A DNA stretch of 64,000 nt from Eubacteriales bacterium (GCA_045644325.1 JAZRGT010000045.1:11295-75294); one strand, 5' to 3'; shown: positions 39,162-49,607, counted from the first letter of the stretch. Notes: a model not told the origin generated them from the letters alone. Program-made: numbers and translations.

Positions 39162-40373
39162 TTATTCTTGATACAACCTGACAATTCCCAGCAAGATCTC
39201 AACCGCTTTGTCCATTCCCTCAACAGTAATATGCTCATACGGACCGTGGAAGGCATAGCCGCCTGTACCGAGATTGGGACAGGGCAATCCCTCAAAAGAT
39301 AGTCTCGCGCCGTCCGTTCCGCCTCTGATAGGCTTGATGACGGGCTCAAGTCCTGCCGCAAGTACTGCCTGCTTTGCTGTCTCAACAACGTGGAAGCAAG
39401 GACGGATCTTCTCTTCCATATTTCTGTACTGCTCCTTAAGCGTAAGGGTAACCGTTCCCTCTCCGTAGGCTGCATTGATTTGCTTTTCGATTTGACGAGC
39501 TATCTCACAGCGCCTTGCGAAGGATTCCGCGGAGTGGTCGCGAATGATATATTTAACGGTTGCATGCTCCACGCAACCCTCCATATCTGTCAAATGGAAG
39601 AATCCCTCATAACCCTCGGTTTTAGACGGTATCTCATCGGCGGGCAAAAGCGAATTGATCTCCATCGCTATCAAAGAAGCGTTAATCATCTTATCCTTTG
39701 CGGATCCCGGATGAATATTAAAGCCATTGATCTCAAAAACGGCACCTGCGGCGTTAAAATTCTCGTATTCAATTCCGCCCTCTACGTCACCGTCCACAGT
39801 ATAAGCAAAGTCAGCTCCGAATCGTGCCACATCAAAATGATCCGCGCCCTCTCCAATCTCCTCGTCGGGAGTAAAGGCAATACATATCTTTCCGTGAGGC
39901 AGCTTATCCTCAATCAATGTAGCCGCCAAGGTCATGATCTCGGCAATTCCCGCCTTGTCATCAGCTCCAAGAAGTGTCTTTCCGTCAGTAACGATCAAGG
40001 TTCTTCCTTTCAACTCTGTAAGATGCGGGAAATCGGAGCGTTTGAGAACTCTTCCCTCTCCCAGCTCTACGTCCTCACCGTTATAACTTTCGATGATACG
40101 AGGAGAAACGTTTTCTCCGCAAAAATCAGGCGATGTATCCATGTGAGCTATAAATCCAATAGCGGGCACATTCTCACATCCCTCGGTAGCAGGGATCGTC
40201 GCGTAAACATAGCAGTATTCATCGCACTCGGCAGATATTCCCAGAGCTTTCAGTTCATCAACCAAAAGGTGCGCCAAGGCAAATTGGATAGAGGAAGACG
40301 GATGTGTTCCACTTACTTCATCGCTTGTCGTATACATTCTTGCGTATTTTAAAAATCTTTCGTATGCCTTCAT
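39162..40373 (-). CDS. pepT: Peptidase T (M20 tripeptidase)
   Basis: AHMDTSPD, LGADDKAG, PDEEIG, HPGSAK, IRGGTDG, FHG. Confidence 0.95.
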   Translation of the reverse strand: MKAYERFLKYARMYTTSDEVSGTHPSSSIQFALAHLLVDELKALGISAECDEYCYVYATIPATEGCENVPAIGFIAHMDTSPDFCGENVSPRIIESYNGEDVELGEGRVLKRSDFPHLTELKGRTLIVTDGKTLLGADDKAGIAEIMTLAATLIEDKLPHGKICIAFTPDEEIGEGADHFDVARFGADFAYTVDGDVEGGIEYENFNAAGAVFEINGFNIHPGSAKDKMINASLIAMEINSLLPADEIPSKTEGYEGFFHLTDMEGCVEHATVKYIIRDHSAESFARRCEIARQIEKQINAAYGEGTVTLTLKEQYRNMEEKIRPCFHVVETAKQAVLAAGLEPVIKPIRGGTDGARLSFEGLPCPNLGTGGYAFHGPYEHITVEGMDKAVEILLGIVRLYQE

Positions 40374-40734
40374 AGTTCCTCCGTTTTATGATTTATGAAT
40401 CAATAGACATATTTTTTATAATTATATCACATTATCTATCATTTTGCAATCCTGAAAAAATATATCTACAGTAAATTCAATTAGATTTCTTCCGAAATAT
40501 GATTCCAGACACATAGCGCATTGACCTCGGAGCTTACATCACCATAACAGTTTGGATTTATCATCACTCGCTGCACCAAACGGGGCTGGCTCAAAACGAA
40601 AGTTTTAAGCCAGCCCCGTTGTCCTTGTTTCGTATAAGTTAATCGGCGAAGAACCTCTTGCTGTTGGCTATGCAACAGCAATCATTTGCGCGCTACAACA
40701 GCATTTTATTCTGCCACCCAATTATGCGCGCAAA

Positions 40735-40757
40735 TGCAGGTTCAGACTCCTGTCATC
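40735..40757 (+). other. Degenerate tRNA-Leu 3' fragment (attR-like)
   Basis: TGCAGGTTCAGACTCCTGTCATC versus tRNA TGCAGGTTCAAGTCCTGTCACC. Confidence 0.55.
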
Positions 40758-40770
40758 TTTGTTTTAATCT

Positions 40771-42786
40771 TTATTGAAAAATATCCTTAGGCTGTTCTGC
40801 CCCGCAATCGATGCAAGTACCTTTTTCATAAATGTGGTTCAACGCAGGAACATACTGTTCCATCCCGAGGCAATAGAAGTCACCGAAAACACTCTCATAA
40901 TTCGGATGCTCGCTGCCGTACCATGTCGACCGAATATATACTGCATTCTCGGGCACTTCGATCTCATGTATCAGAATGCCGTAAACACCTTTTTGGTCTG
41001 TATGCTTGACACCGCTGATATAGTTTTTATCCGCATCATAAAATGCCAGACCGGTCGTAGTGGTTACACTCGCCGTATTTGCAGTTTTTATCACAATAAT
41101 ATTGTAATCAGAAATATCTACGTAGTCGCTGGCACACCAATGTGCATAGTCCCGCACCTGACCGTCTGTCGCGATAATCATCTTCTTCTCTGTCCATATA
41201 AACAATGAGGTAATATCTATCGAATTTCCCTTGAGCTTTGATTGACCGCAAAGGCTGCAGGTGAGCATTGTATAACCTTTTGCAGTACAACTCGGTGGAA
41301 TGACGGTTTCGAAATAGTCGTGTCCCAAAGGCTCGGTTGCTTTTTCCAAGTAGCTGTGTTCGCAAAGCTTACATGTGTATACGGTTCCGCCGCCTTGAGT
41401 GCAGTTCGCCGCAGTGGTTTCGACAGTATAGCTGTGGTCGCACAAATGGGGAATTTGAACAGAGAACTGATTTTTATCGCGATACAGTGCATCATAATTG
41501 GTAGAGTACCAATTAACATCCACAGTATTACTGTCAGCATAAAATGTCAGTACACCTACCATACCCAAACGACTGCGGGTGTCATCATCCTGTCGGTCAA
41601 ACAGCAACGAAGTCACATCACGTCCATCTCCGTTCTTATCTACATAGGACACAACGTCAGCGCTATAGATATGTCCGCTCATTGCAAGAACAACATTTTT
41701 ATACCCCTTAAAGGCGTTCCAGATATCATCACCGTTAGGATAATTAGGCAAATAATCAGATACACAAAGAGAATCGCCGGAATCCAAAAGAGTACCGTCC
41801 TTGTTCATATAAGCGTGGCAGGATATGATCACGTTTTTATCTGAATTGACCCCCACAATTTCCTGCGCCCATCTCAAAACATCCCACGAGGGTGCCCATC
41901 CCAGAGAGAGGATCATGTACTCGCGTCCGCCTGCATCAACAAACCAATATGTATGATCGAGCTTATTTGAATGGTATGAGCCGCCAAAACGGTTCCGACC
42001 GCTTCCGTAGACAGAATAATCGTAATACTTATTGAACCAAGCGGAATCATCATGGTTACCCCTCATCGGCATCCAGACTACTCCGGCTTCATCGAGGATA
42101 TCCGTGCCTTTTTTGCATACAGTCCATTGTTCCTCGCTATTGACATTGACCATATCACCCATATGTATAACAGCTCTGATATTAAGCTCGTCCTTATGGT
42201 CGGCGATCCACTGCATCTGTTTGTAATAAAACTCGGGCCATAACTCTACAAGCATTTGAGTGTCAGGCAAAACCACCATAGAGTAGTCACCCCGGGAAAG
42301 ATTTGGAGCAATCCACTCAGCCCCCAACTTGTTATTTCCGCACAAAACGCAAACGCCATCGTCATAGCTATGCTCGCCGACAGCAGCCACATAGTCATCT
42401 ACATAATTGAAACCACAGGCAGTACAGGTGTAGGTAGTGTTACCCGACTCGGTGCAGGTTGCGGAAACGGTGACACTAACATATGTGTGATCGGTATTAG
42501 CTGTAATACTTGTTTCCGTATAACTGCATATCTCGCATATACGTTCTTTCAAGCCCTCTTTTTCACAAGTTGGCTCAACTACTTCACTCCAATTGCTAAA
42601 GCTATGCGTATGAGAAGGCTTTTGGGAAACATCTCCGGGATCAAGCGAGGTATTGTCAGCGGCATTTATTTCGTCATCACCCTTTTCTCCACGTAGTCCT
42701 TGCTCGTTCGAGTTACATCCAAAGAAACATACGGTGATAAACAGAATCATTGACAAAGCAAGCCCAAGACTTATCAATCTTTTCAC
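40771..42786 (-). CDS. Lipoprotein with calcineurin-like metallophosphoesterase domain and His/Cys repeats
   Basis: Lipobox FFGC; DTQ, HMGD, GNHD, CHAY, SGH motifs; repeated H....TC...G.....C..C units. Confidence 0.82.
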   Translation of the reverse strand: MKRLISLGLALSMILFITVCFFGCNSNEQGLRGEKGDDEINAADNTSLDPGDVSQKPSHTHSFSNWSEVVEPTCEKEGLKERICEICSYTETSITANTDHTYVSVTVSATCTESGNTTYTCTACGFNYVDDYVAAVGEHSYDDGVCVLCGNNKLGAEWIAPNLSRGDYSMVVLPDTQMLVELWPEFYYKQMQWIADHKDELNIRAVIHMGDMVNVNSEEQWTVCKKGTDILDEAGVVWMPMRGNHDDSAWFNKYYDYSVYGSGRNRFGGSYHSNKLDHTYWFVDAGGREYMILSLGWAPSWDVLRWAQEIVGVNSDKNVIISCHAYMNKDGTLLDSGDSLCVSDYLPNYPNGDDIWNAFKGYKNVVLAMSGHIYSADVVSYVDKNGDGRDVTSLLFDRQDDDTRSRLGMVGVLTFYADSNTVDVNWYSTNYDALYRDKNQFSVQIPHLCDHSYTVETTAANCTQGGGTVYTCKLCEHSYLEKATEPLGHDYFETVIPPSCTAKGYTMLTCSLCGQSKLKGNSIDITSLFIWTEKKMIIATDGQVRDYAHWCASDYVDISDYNIIVIKTANTASVTTTTGLAFYDADKNYISGVKHTDQKGVYGILIHEIEVPENAVYIRSTWYGSEHPNYESVFGDFYCLGMEQYVPALNHIYEKGTCIDCGAEQPKDIFQ

Positions 42787-43041
42787 ATTCTTCTCTCCTC
42801 TGACTTATATTTGCATCACAAGATTATTATATCATAGCCGTTATGCAAAGTCAATAATAATTCATCTATGCATACAATGAAAAAACGGTAAGAGTATAAA
42901 ACAATTGTCGAAACCGTTCCATCTTGTATCCATAGCGCAAAGATTCGCACTATTTTTCCAAAATACCTTGTAATTTCCGCAAATATGTGATATAATTAGA
43001 CAAGATTTGTCCACTTATATTTTACTGACGAGGTAATAAAA

Positions 43042-44316
43042 ATGAAAAAGTTAAAGGTTATCATCATCGGTCTCGGCAGCCGAGGTACTACTTATGCAAA
43101 GCACGGCTTTGATGCTTGCCCCGAATTTGAGCTTGTCGGAATTGCCGATCCCGATCCCGTGAGAAGAAATTACGTTAAAGAAAGATGCAATCTTGACGAG
43201 TCCGCTTGCTTTGAGAGCTGGGAGGATATTCTCGCTCTGCCCAAATTTGCAGACGCAGCTATCATCGCAACGCAGGATCAGATGCACTTTGATCCCGCGA
43301 TGAAGGCTATCGAGCTCGGATATCACCTTCTTCTCGAAAAGCCCGCGGCTCCTACGCCCGAGGAATGCTACAATATCGCGGATGCGGCTAACAAAAAGGG
43401 CGTTCACGTTATCATTTGTCACGTGCTCCGCTTTACTCCCTTCTTCCGCACGCTCAAAAAGATCATCGATGACGGCAAGATCGGTAAGATAATGAATATA
43501 GTTCATCAAGAAGGTGTCGGAAACATCCATCAGAGCCACAGCTACGTACGCGGCAACTGGCACAAGGAGGCTGACAGCACGCCAATGCTCCTTGCAAAGA
43601 GCTGTCACGATATCGACATTCTTCAATGGCTTCTCGGTGAGAAGTGCACTCGCGTTCACAGCTTCGGCTCGCTTACCTATTTCTGCGCGGAAAACAAGCC
43701 CGAGGGCGCGCCCGAGTTCTGCTATATGGGCTGCCCCGTAGGCGAGAGCTGTCCCTATAACGCGGTGAAGATCTACGCCTCCGAAAAATCCTCTTACATT
43801 GGCAGAGCATCAAGAAAGCACAATCCCACCGAAGAGGACGTCCGCCGAGTTCTTACCGAAACCAACTACGGCAGATGCGTATTCGGATGCGACAATGACG
43901 TTGTCGACCATCAGGTAGTAAACCTTGAATACGAAAGCGGTGCGACCGTTTCCTTTACTATGAGTGCCTTCAACAAGGGTGGCAGAAAGATCCACATTAT
44001 GGGCACCAAGGGAGAGATCTACGCAGGTATGGCTGACAAATCGGTAACTCTTTACGAGTTCGAGACCGGAAAGAAGAGCGAGATTCTCGTTTCGGATGCG
44101 GTTGCGGACGAGGAGATCACCGGCGGTCACGGCGGCGGCGACAGAGGAATTATGCGCTCCTTCTGCCAATACCTTTGCGGCACGTACACCGGCAACTCTG
44201 TGACCGAGATCACCACCTCCATCGAAAACCACCTTGTGACCTTCGCGGCTGAGCGATCAAGACACGAAGGAAGCGTTGTGACGATTGAGGAATATATCAA
44301 CGAATTCAAGAATTAA
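43042..44316 (+). CDS. Gfo/Idh/MocA family oxidoreductase
   Basis: IIGLGSRG, LEKP, HVLRF, HSYVRGNW, AKSCHDID, GHGGGD. Confidence 0.92.
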   Translation: MKKLKVIIIGLGSRGTTYAKHGFDACPEFELVGIADPDPVRRNYVKERCNLDESACFESWEDILALPKFADAAIIATQDQMHFDPAMKAIELGYHLLLEKPAAPTPEECYNIADAANKKGVHVIICHVLRFTPFFRTLKKIIDDGKIGKIMNIVHQEGVGNIHQSHSYVRGNWHKEADSTPMLLAKSCHDIDILQWLLGEKCTRVHSFGSLTYFCAENKPEGAPEFCYMGCPVGESCPYNAVKIYASEKSSYIGRASRKHNPTEEDVRRVLTETNYGRCVFGCDNDVVDHQVVNLEYESGATVSFTMSAFNKGGRKIHIMGTKGEIYAGMADKSVTLYEFETGKKSEILVSDAVADEEITGGHGGGDRGIMRSFCQYLCGTYTGNSVTEITTSIENHLVTFAAERSRHEGSVVTIEEYINEFKN

Positions 44317-44455
44317 TCCATTCGGATAAAAAGGAGCAAATACAGCTCCTTTTTATTTGTTTTTTGCTTCACCGCGTTGACATTTTCCCCATAGTGTGCT
44401 ATAATGAACCCGAAAGACTTATGCTTCAATTTTTATGAATGCGAGGGATAGCTGT

Positions 44456-45928
44456 ATGAAAAAATACGTTTTGGCATACGATCTCGGTACAAGCGGTGTC
44501 AAAGGTGCGTTGGTCACGCCCGATGGCGAGGTCGCTTTTACCGCTACGGTTTCTTATCCGCTCTATACAGCAGACGGCGGCATCGCCGAGCAGGAGCCTG
44601 TCGATTACTGGAAGGGTGTCTGCGACGTCACCCGAGCTGTGCTCGAAAAGGGCAAGGTTGCGCCCGAGGCGGTGATCGGAATGGCTCTCGATACTATGTG
44701 GAAGGGTATTATTCCCGTTGACGATGCGGGACGTGTGCTTCATCGCAGTATCATCTGGCTTGATTCACGCTCCGTGGAGGAGGCGCGGCTTCTGAACGAA
44801 CGGTTCGGTGAAGGTACGTTCACCTCGGCGGATTATTGGCCCAAGCTCTTTTGGCTTCGCCGAAACCGCCCCGACGTATTTGAGAACGCCGTCACGGTTT
44901 TCGAGGTCAATTCCTATATCAAGTGGCGTGCAACCGGCGTGGCATCGGTTGACGAGGGCAACGATTTTGTGCACTCGACAGACCCCAAGCTTGATGCTTT
45001 TTACGCCGAGCTGATGGATTTTATGGATATTCCGCGTGAAAAATTCCCGGAGGTTGCGCCCTCGTGCGGTCTTGTGGGGTACGTAACCGAGGAGGCTTCC
45101 CACGAGCTCGGTCTGCCCGCAGGTGTGCCCGTTTTCGGTGGCACAAGCGATATCAACGCAATCGCAATGGGCGCGGGTACTGCCGGTATTGGCGGTGTGC
45201 ACATATATTTCGGTTCTTCGGGTTGGATAGGTTATACTCTTCCCCACGAATTCGAAACACTCTACTTCTCCCCCTTTGATGAGAAGCGCGATGTGACCAT
45301 CATCAGCTCGCAGGCGATCGGACTTTCCTACAATTGGGCACTCGATCGCTTTTACGGTGATGAAAAAAAGAAGCTTGGCGACGGTATATACACCTTGGTG
45401 GATCAGCAATTGGCGGAAATTCCGGCAGGCTCGGAGGGAGTTTTTGCGACGCCGTGGTTTTACGGTGAGCGTCCGCCTCTCTTCGGCAGAGATGCACGAG
45501 GTAATTTTCTCGGTCTCGGCGCGATCCACGACCGCCGTCACATGACCCGCGCGGTGATGGAGGGCGTTTGCTATCAGCTCAGAATGGGCGCGGAATATAA
45601 CGCAAACATTGGACGTCCCTTGCCCGAAAAGGTGCGTGCCATCGGAGGCGGCTCTTGCAGCGGAATCTGGATGCAGATTCTCGCCGACGTGCTGAACGTG
45701 ACCATAGAGGTACCCGCCGCAACTCGCCACGCAGGAACCTTGGGCACGGCATATTGCGCTCTCGTCGGTCTCGGTCTCTGCGACGATATCGAGGACGCCG
45801 CCCGCCGAGTGAAGATCGACAAGGTCTATACACCCAACCCCGAGTCAGTAGCGGTCTACGAAAAGGGATATCGCGTTTTTGAGAAAATTTATAAGACACT
45901 TGCGCCGCTGTTTGAAAATGAAATATAG
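44456..45928 (+). CDS. FGGY family carbohydrate kinase (xylulokinase-like)
   Basis: YDLGTSGVK, AEQ.P, IIWLDSR, GER.P, RAVMEGV, IGGG. Confidence 0.9.
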   Translation: MKKYVLAYDLGTSGVKGALVTPDGEVAFTATVSYPLYTADGGIAEQEPVDYWKGVCDVTRAVLEKGKVAPEAVIGMALDTMWKGIIPVDDAGRVLHRSIIWLDSRSVEEARLLNERFGEGTFTSADYWPKLFWLRRNRPDVFENAVTVFEVNSYIKWRATGVASVDEGNDFVHSTDPKLDAFYAELMDFMDIPREKFPEVAPSCGLVGYVTEEASHELGLPAGVPVFGGTSDINAIAMGAGTAGIGGVHIYFGSSGWIGYTLPHEFETLYFSPFDEKRDVTIISSQAIGLSYNWALDRFYGDEKKKLGDGIYTLVDQQLAEIPAGSEGVFATPWFYGERPPLFGRDARGNFLGLGAIHDRRHMTRAVMEGVCYQLRMGAEYNANIGRPLPEKVRAIGGGSCSGIWMQILADVLNVTIEVPAATRHAGTLGTAYCALVGLGLCDDIEDAARRVKIDKVYTPNPESVAVYEKGYRVFEKIYKTLAPLFENEI

Positions 45929-46094
45929 TCAAAAAACGCCCGACAGAGAGATTCATCGGGCGTTTTTTGCCATACTAACGCAATAAAAGTCTGATCTTGC
46001 GATGAAAACTCTGCTTTTTTCCTTATCAGGACTTGAAAACCGCGCGCAAATATAGTATAATATTAAGGTATTATTTTTGAAAGAGGAGATCTTA

Positions 46095-47789
46095 ATGTCT
46101 ACCGAAAAGTATATGACCGACTTTGATCGTTGGCTTGGTTTTGAGGGTATTGCGCCCGACATCAAGGCAGAGCTTATTTCTATAAAGGATGACAAAAATG
46201 CTATTGCCGAGCGTTTTGCCGCTGAGCTTGAATTCGGCACGGGCGGTATGCGCGGTATTCTCGGCGCGGGAATCGGCAGAATGAATATCTACACCGTTAT
46301 GCGCGTCAGCCTCGCGTTTGCCGAGTATATCAAGAGCCTCGGCGCGGATGCCGCAGAAAAGGGTATCGTTATCTCGCACGATAACCGCCGCTACTCGCGC
46401 GAGTTTGCGCTTGCAACCGCGGGCGTTTTCGCAGCTGCGGGTGTCAAGGCTTATATCTTTGATTCGCTTCGCCCCACGCCCATGCTTTCCTTTTCCGTCC
46501 GCAAGATGCGCGCGGCAGGAGGAGTTATGATCACGGCTTCGCACAATCCGCCCGAATATAACGGTTACAAGATATATGACTCCGAGGGCTGTCAGCTTTC
46601 GCTTGAAGAAAGCGAGAAGGTTATCGCTCTTGTAAAAGAAGTCAAAGACGAGCTTGCCGTTCCCTGCCTCACCCTCGAGGAAGCGGGCGATAGGATCGTT
46701 ATGCTCGATTCCGCGATCGATGATGAATACGCTATGCGCGTTGAAAATATCTCGATCTCCCGCGACCGTGAAAGTGCCGCAAAGCTGAAGGTCGTTTATT
46801 CACCCCAACACGGTACGGGTAACGTTCCCGTCCGCCGTGTTCTTGCCGATTGCGGTTACGAGGTAATACCTGTTCTCTCGCAGTGCGAACCCGATCCCGA
46901 TTTTTCGGGCACAGAATCGCCCAACCCCGAGTCGCCCAAGGCTTACACCGAGGCACTCCGCATCGCAAAGGAAACGGGCGCGGATATCGTTATCACAACC
47001 GACCCCGACTGCGACCGTCTCGGCGTTGCCGCGCTTAACAAGGCGGGCGAAATGGTGCTTATGACGGGCAACCAGTCCGCTGCTGTGCTTCTTGAATATA
47101 TCCTTTCGCGCCGTACAGACGGCGGTTCTATTCCCGCAGACGCTTATATGGTGACCACTATTGTTACCTCCGACCTCGGCGATCGCATCTGCGAACGTTA
47201 CGGTGTCAACGTAGAAAAAACGCTGACGGGCTTCAAGTTCATCGGCGAGAAGATTGCGCGCCACCGCGCCGAGGGCAATTACGGCTTCGTTTTCGGCTAT
47301 GAAGAAAGCTACGGCTGTCTTATCTCTGATTTTGTTCGCGACAAGGATGGCGTTCAGGCATCCATGATGCTCTGTGAGGCGGCGGCTTACTACAAGAATT
47401 ACGGCTTGACCCTTATCGACGTTCTCGCCGCTATTCACGAAAAGTACGGCTATTTCCTTGATTCACAATCGAACTTCTACTTCCCCGGACTTGATGGCAA
47501 GGCGAAGATCGCGGCTCTCACCGCAGATCTGCGTGAAAATGCTCCCACGGAGGTTGGTGGCGTAAAGGTCACAAAAGTCGAAGACTACCTCTCCGACGAG
47601 ACGAAGGCCGCAGGCTTCCCCGCATCCGACGTTCTCCGATTCATCTTTGAGGACGGCTGTTGGGTTGCCGTTCGTCCCAGCGGAACTGAGCCTAAATGCA
47701 AGTTCTACTACTGCGTTTGCGCCGCAAACAAGGCACTTGCCGAGGCAAAGCATGAGGCACTCAAGGTTGCCTTTGAACCTAAATTATAA
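46095..47789 (+). CDS. pgm: Phosphoglucomutase/phosphomannomutase
   Basis: FGTGGMRG, TASHNP, DPDCDR, GYEESYG, RPSGTEPK. Confidence 0.93.
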   Translation: MSTEKYMTDFDRWLGFEGIAPDIKAELISIKDDKNAIAERFAAELEFGTGGMRGILGAGIGRMNIYTVMRVSLAFAEYIKSLGADAAEKGIVISHDNRRYSREFALATAGVFAAAGVKAYIFDSLRPTPMLSFSVRKMRAAGGVMITASHNPPEYNGYKIYDSEGCQLSLEESEKVIALVKEVKDELAVPCLTLEEAGDRIVMLDSAIDDEYAMRVENISISRDRESAAKLKVVYSPQHGTGNVPVRRVLADCGYEVIPVLSQCEPDPDFSGTESPNPESPKAYTEALRIAKETGADIVITTDPDCDRLGVAALNKAGEMVLMTGNQSAAVLLEYILSRRTDGGSIPADAYMVTTIVTSDLGDRICERYGVNVEKTLTGFKFIGEKIARHRAEGNYGFVFGYEESYGCLISDFVRDKDGVQASMMLCEAAAYYKNYGLTLIDVLAAIHEKYGYFLDSQSNFYFPGLDGKAKIAALTADLRENAPTEVGGVKVTKVEDYLSDETKAAGFPASDVLRFIFEDGCWVAVRPSGTEPKCKFYYCVCAANKALAEAKHEALKVAFEPKL

Positions 47790-47866
47790 ATAAAAAACAC
47801 CCCGTTGTCAACTTTTTGCATATTTTTGCAAAACTTCTTGACAGCGGGGTAAAAAAATGGTATCAT
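47783..47866. promoter_or_regulatory. Back-to-back sigmaA promoters inside an inverted repeat
   Basis: Minus strand TTGACA(47806-47811)-17-TATAAT(47783-47788); plus strand TTGACA(47838-47843)-17-TATCAT(47861-47866). Confidence 0.65.
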
Positions 47867-47900
47867 TATATTAATTATATTTTAGAAAGGAATCTATACA

Positions 47901-49400
47901 ATGAAAAAGATCCGCATCTTTGCCGGCATTATGGCACTTCTGATGCTCGCGCTCTGCTTCGCTTCCTGCGCCAACACTCCCGTTGACCCCGAAACGACCA
48001 CCGCAGGCGAGAATGCATCCACCGAAGCTCCCGTAGCAGCAGGCACTACCGAACCCGCAGAATCCACCTACCCCGTTGACGAAAACGGCTACGAACTTGA
48101 CAGACTCCCCGAACTCAACTACAATAACGAAGAATTCGTTATCTTTACTTGGTCCAACCAGGTAATGTGGGAGTGGAACGAGGATGACACCACCAACGGT
48201 GAAAAGATCCACGATGCTATCTATGACCGTCAGGTAAGAACCGAGGAGCGTCTCGGCATCGACATCGTTCTCTCCAAGCAGAACGGTGACTGGAACAACC
48301 GTAACTCCTTCATCACCACTGTTGAAGCTAACGTTTCCGCAGGCACCAAGGACGCCTTCGACCTTGTCGGTCAGTATACTCCCGCAGCTCCTATCGGTGC
48401 TATGAAGGGACTCTACCACGACCTCTCCGAGATCGAGCATCTTGACTGGGAACGCCCCTGGTGGCCCTCCGATATTCAGGAATCCTGCCACATCAACAAC
48501 AACGTGTACTTCACCACCGGTGATATTACCGGAACACTCGTCCGTAACATCCACTGCATTATCGCAAACCTCGATCTTGCTGAAACTCATCAGCTTCCCA
48601 ACCTTTACGAGCTCGTAAGCAACAAAGAGTGGACTATGGATAAGTTCTCTGAAATCGCTCTCGGCACCATTCAGGGCATCAATCCCGACGGCTCCGCAGC
48701 TTACAGCGTAACCTTCCCCAACAACGTTGAGTACGACAGCCTTTTCTACGGCGCAGGCTTCCGTTTCGTTGAGCATGATGCTGACAACAAGCTCGTTATG
48801 TCCGCCGAACTCACCGGCGACCGTCTTGAGAGCTGGTTCCAGACCTGCCGTAGCTTCCTCTTTGATAACGCAGACGTTGAGATCCTCGCTATCAACGGTG
48901 CAAACGGCTTCACCTCCGGCAACGTTCTCTTCCATTGCGGCGGCGTTTCCGACGTTCAGAACTCTCTTCAGGACGTAAACTTTGACTTTGCTATCCTTCC
49001 CTTCCCGCTTTACGACAAGGATCAGGAAGAGTACTACACCATTACAAGCTATTGGCTCAGCCTCTTCTCCATCCCCGTCAATGCACCCGATCCCTCTATG
49101 TCCGCAGCTGTTCTTGAGTGTCTCTCCTCCTACGGCTACCGTTACCTGACTCCCGTTATGTATCAGGAAGCATTCCAGTACCGTTACCTCGATACTCTTG
49201 AGAACGCGCAGATGTTCGATCTTCTCCACGATACCCTCGTATTCGATCCCGGCCGCCTCTTCGCAGACCAGCTCAACTGCTTCGCAGCATTCCGTCAGGC
49301 AGCTATGGATACAGGTAGCACCTCTTGGAGCAGCTACTATGCAACCAACGGTAAGCTCTGGTCCAGATCGCTCGATAAGATCATCCAAACTCTCGGTTAA
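47901..49400 (+). CDS. Orphan solute-binding lipoprotein, tandem copy A
   Basis: Lipobox FASC, AIYDRQ..TEERLG, PWW, FTTGDI, WTMD, LPFP.YD, LECL, MFDL. Confidence 0.88.
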   Translation: MKKIRIFAGIMALLMLALCFASCANTPVDPETTTAGENASTEAPVAAGTTEPAESTYPVDENGYELDRLPELNYNNEEFVIFTWSNQVMWEWNEDDTTNGEKIHDAIYDRQVRTEERLGIDIVLSKQNGDWNNRNSFITTVEANVSAGTKDAFDLVGQYTPAAPIGAMKGLYHDLSEIEHLDWERPWWPSDIQESCHINNNVYFTTGDITGTLVRNIHCIIANLDLAETHQLPNLYELVSNKEWTMDKFSEIALGTIQGINPDGSAAYSVTFPNNVEYDSLFYGAGFRFVEHDADNKLVMSAELTGDRLESWFQTCRSFLFDNADVEILAINGANGFTSGNVLFHCGGVSDVQNSLQDVNFDFAILPFPLYDKDQEEYYTITSYWLSLFSIPVNAPDPSMSAAVLECLSSYGYRYLTPVMYQEAFQYRYLDTLENAQMFDLLHDTLVFDPGRLFADQLNCFAAFRQAAMDTGSTSWSSYYATNGKLWSRSLDKIIQTLG

Positions 49401-49406
49401 TTACAT

Positions 49407-49441
49407 AAAAATAACACTCGCTTTGGCGGGTGTTATTTTTA
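49407..49441 (+). terminator. Terminator, duplicated at 51111-51145
   Basis: AAAATAACACTCGC-ttt-GGCGGGTGTTATTTTT; near-identical copy after copy B. Confidence 0.8.
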
Positions 49442-49500
49442 CTGCAAATTCAAAGCATAGCATAGCGCAAAACAAGTCAAACGCACCTTTTACGCCTTAA

Positions 49501-49574
49501 ATTTTAACAAAAATAAACGCCATTGTCAATGTTTTAAAAAACATCTTGACAAAGGGGGATAAAAATGGTATCAT
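49501..49574. promoter_or_regulatory. Back-to-back sigmaA promoters, second copy
   Basis: Minus strand TTGACA(49524-49529)-17-TAAAAT(49501-49506) with extended TG; plus strand TTGACA(49546-49551)-17-TATCAT(49569-49574). Confidence 0.6.
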
Positions 49575-49607
49575 TATATTAACCATTTTTAGAAAGGAAT
49601 CTATACT

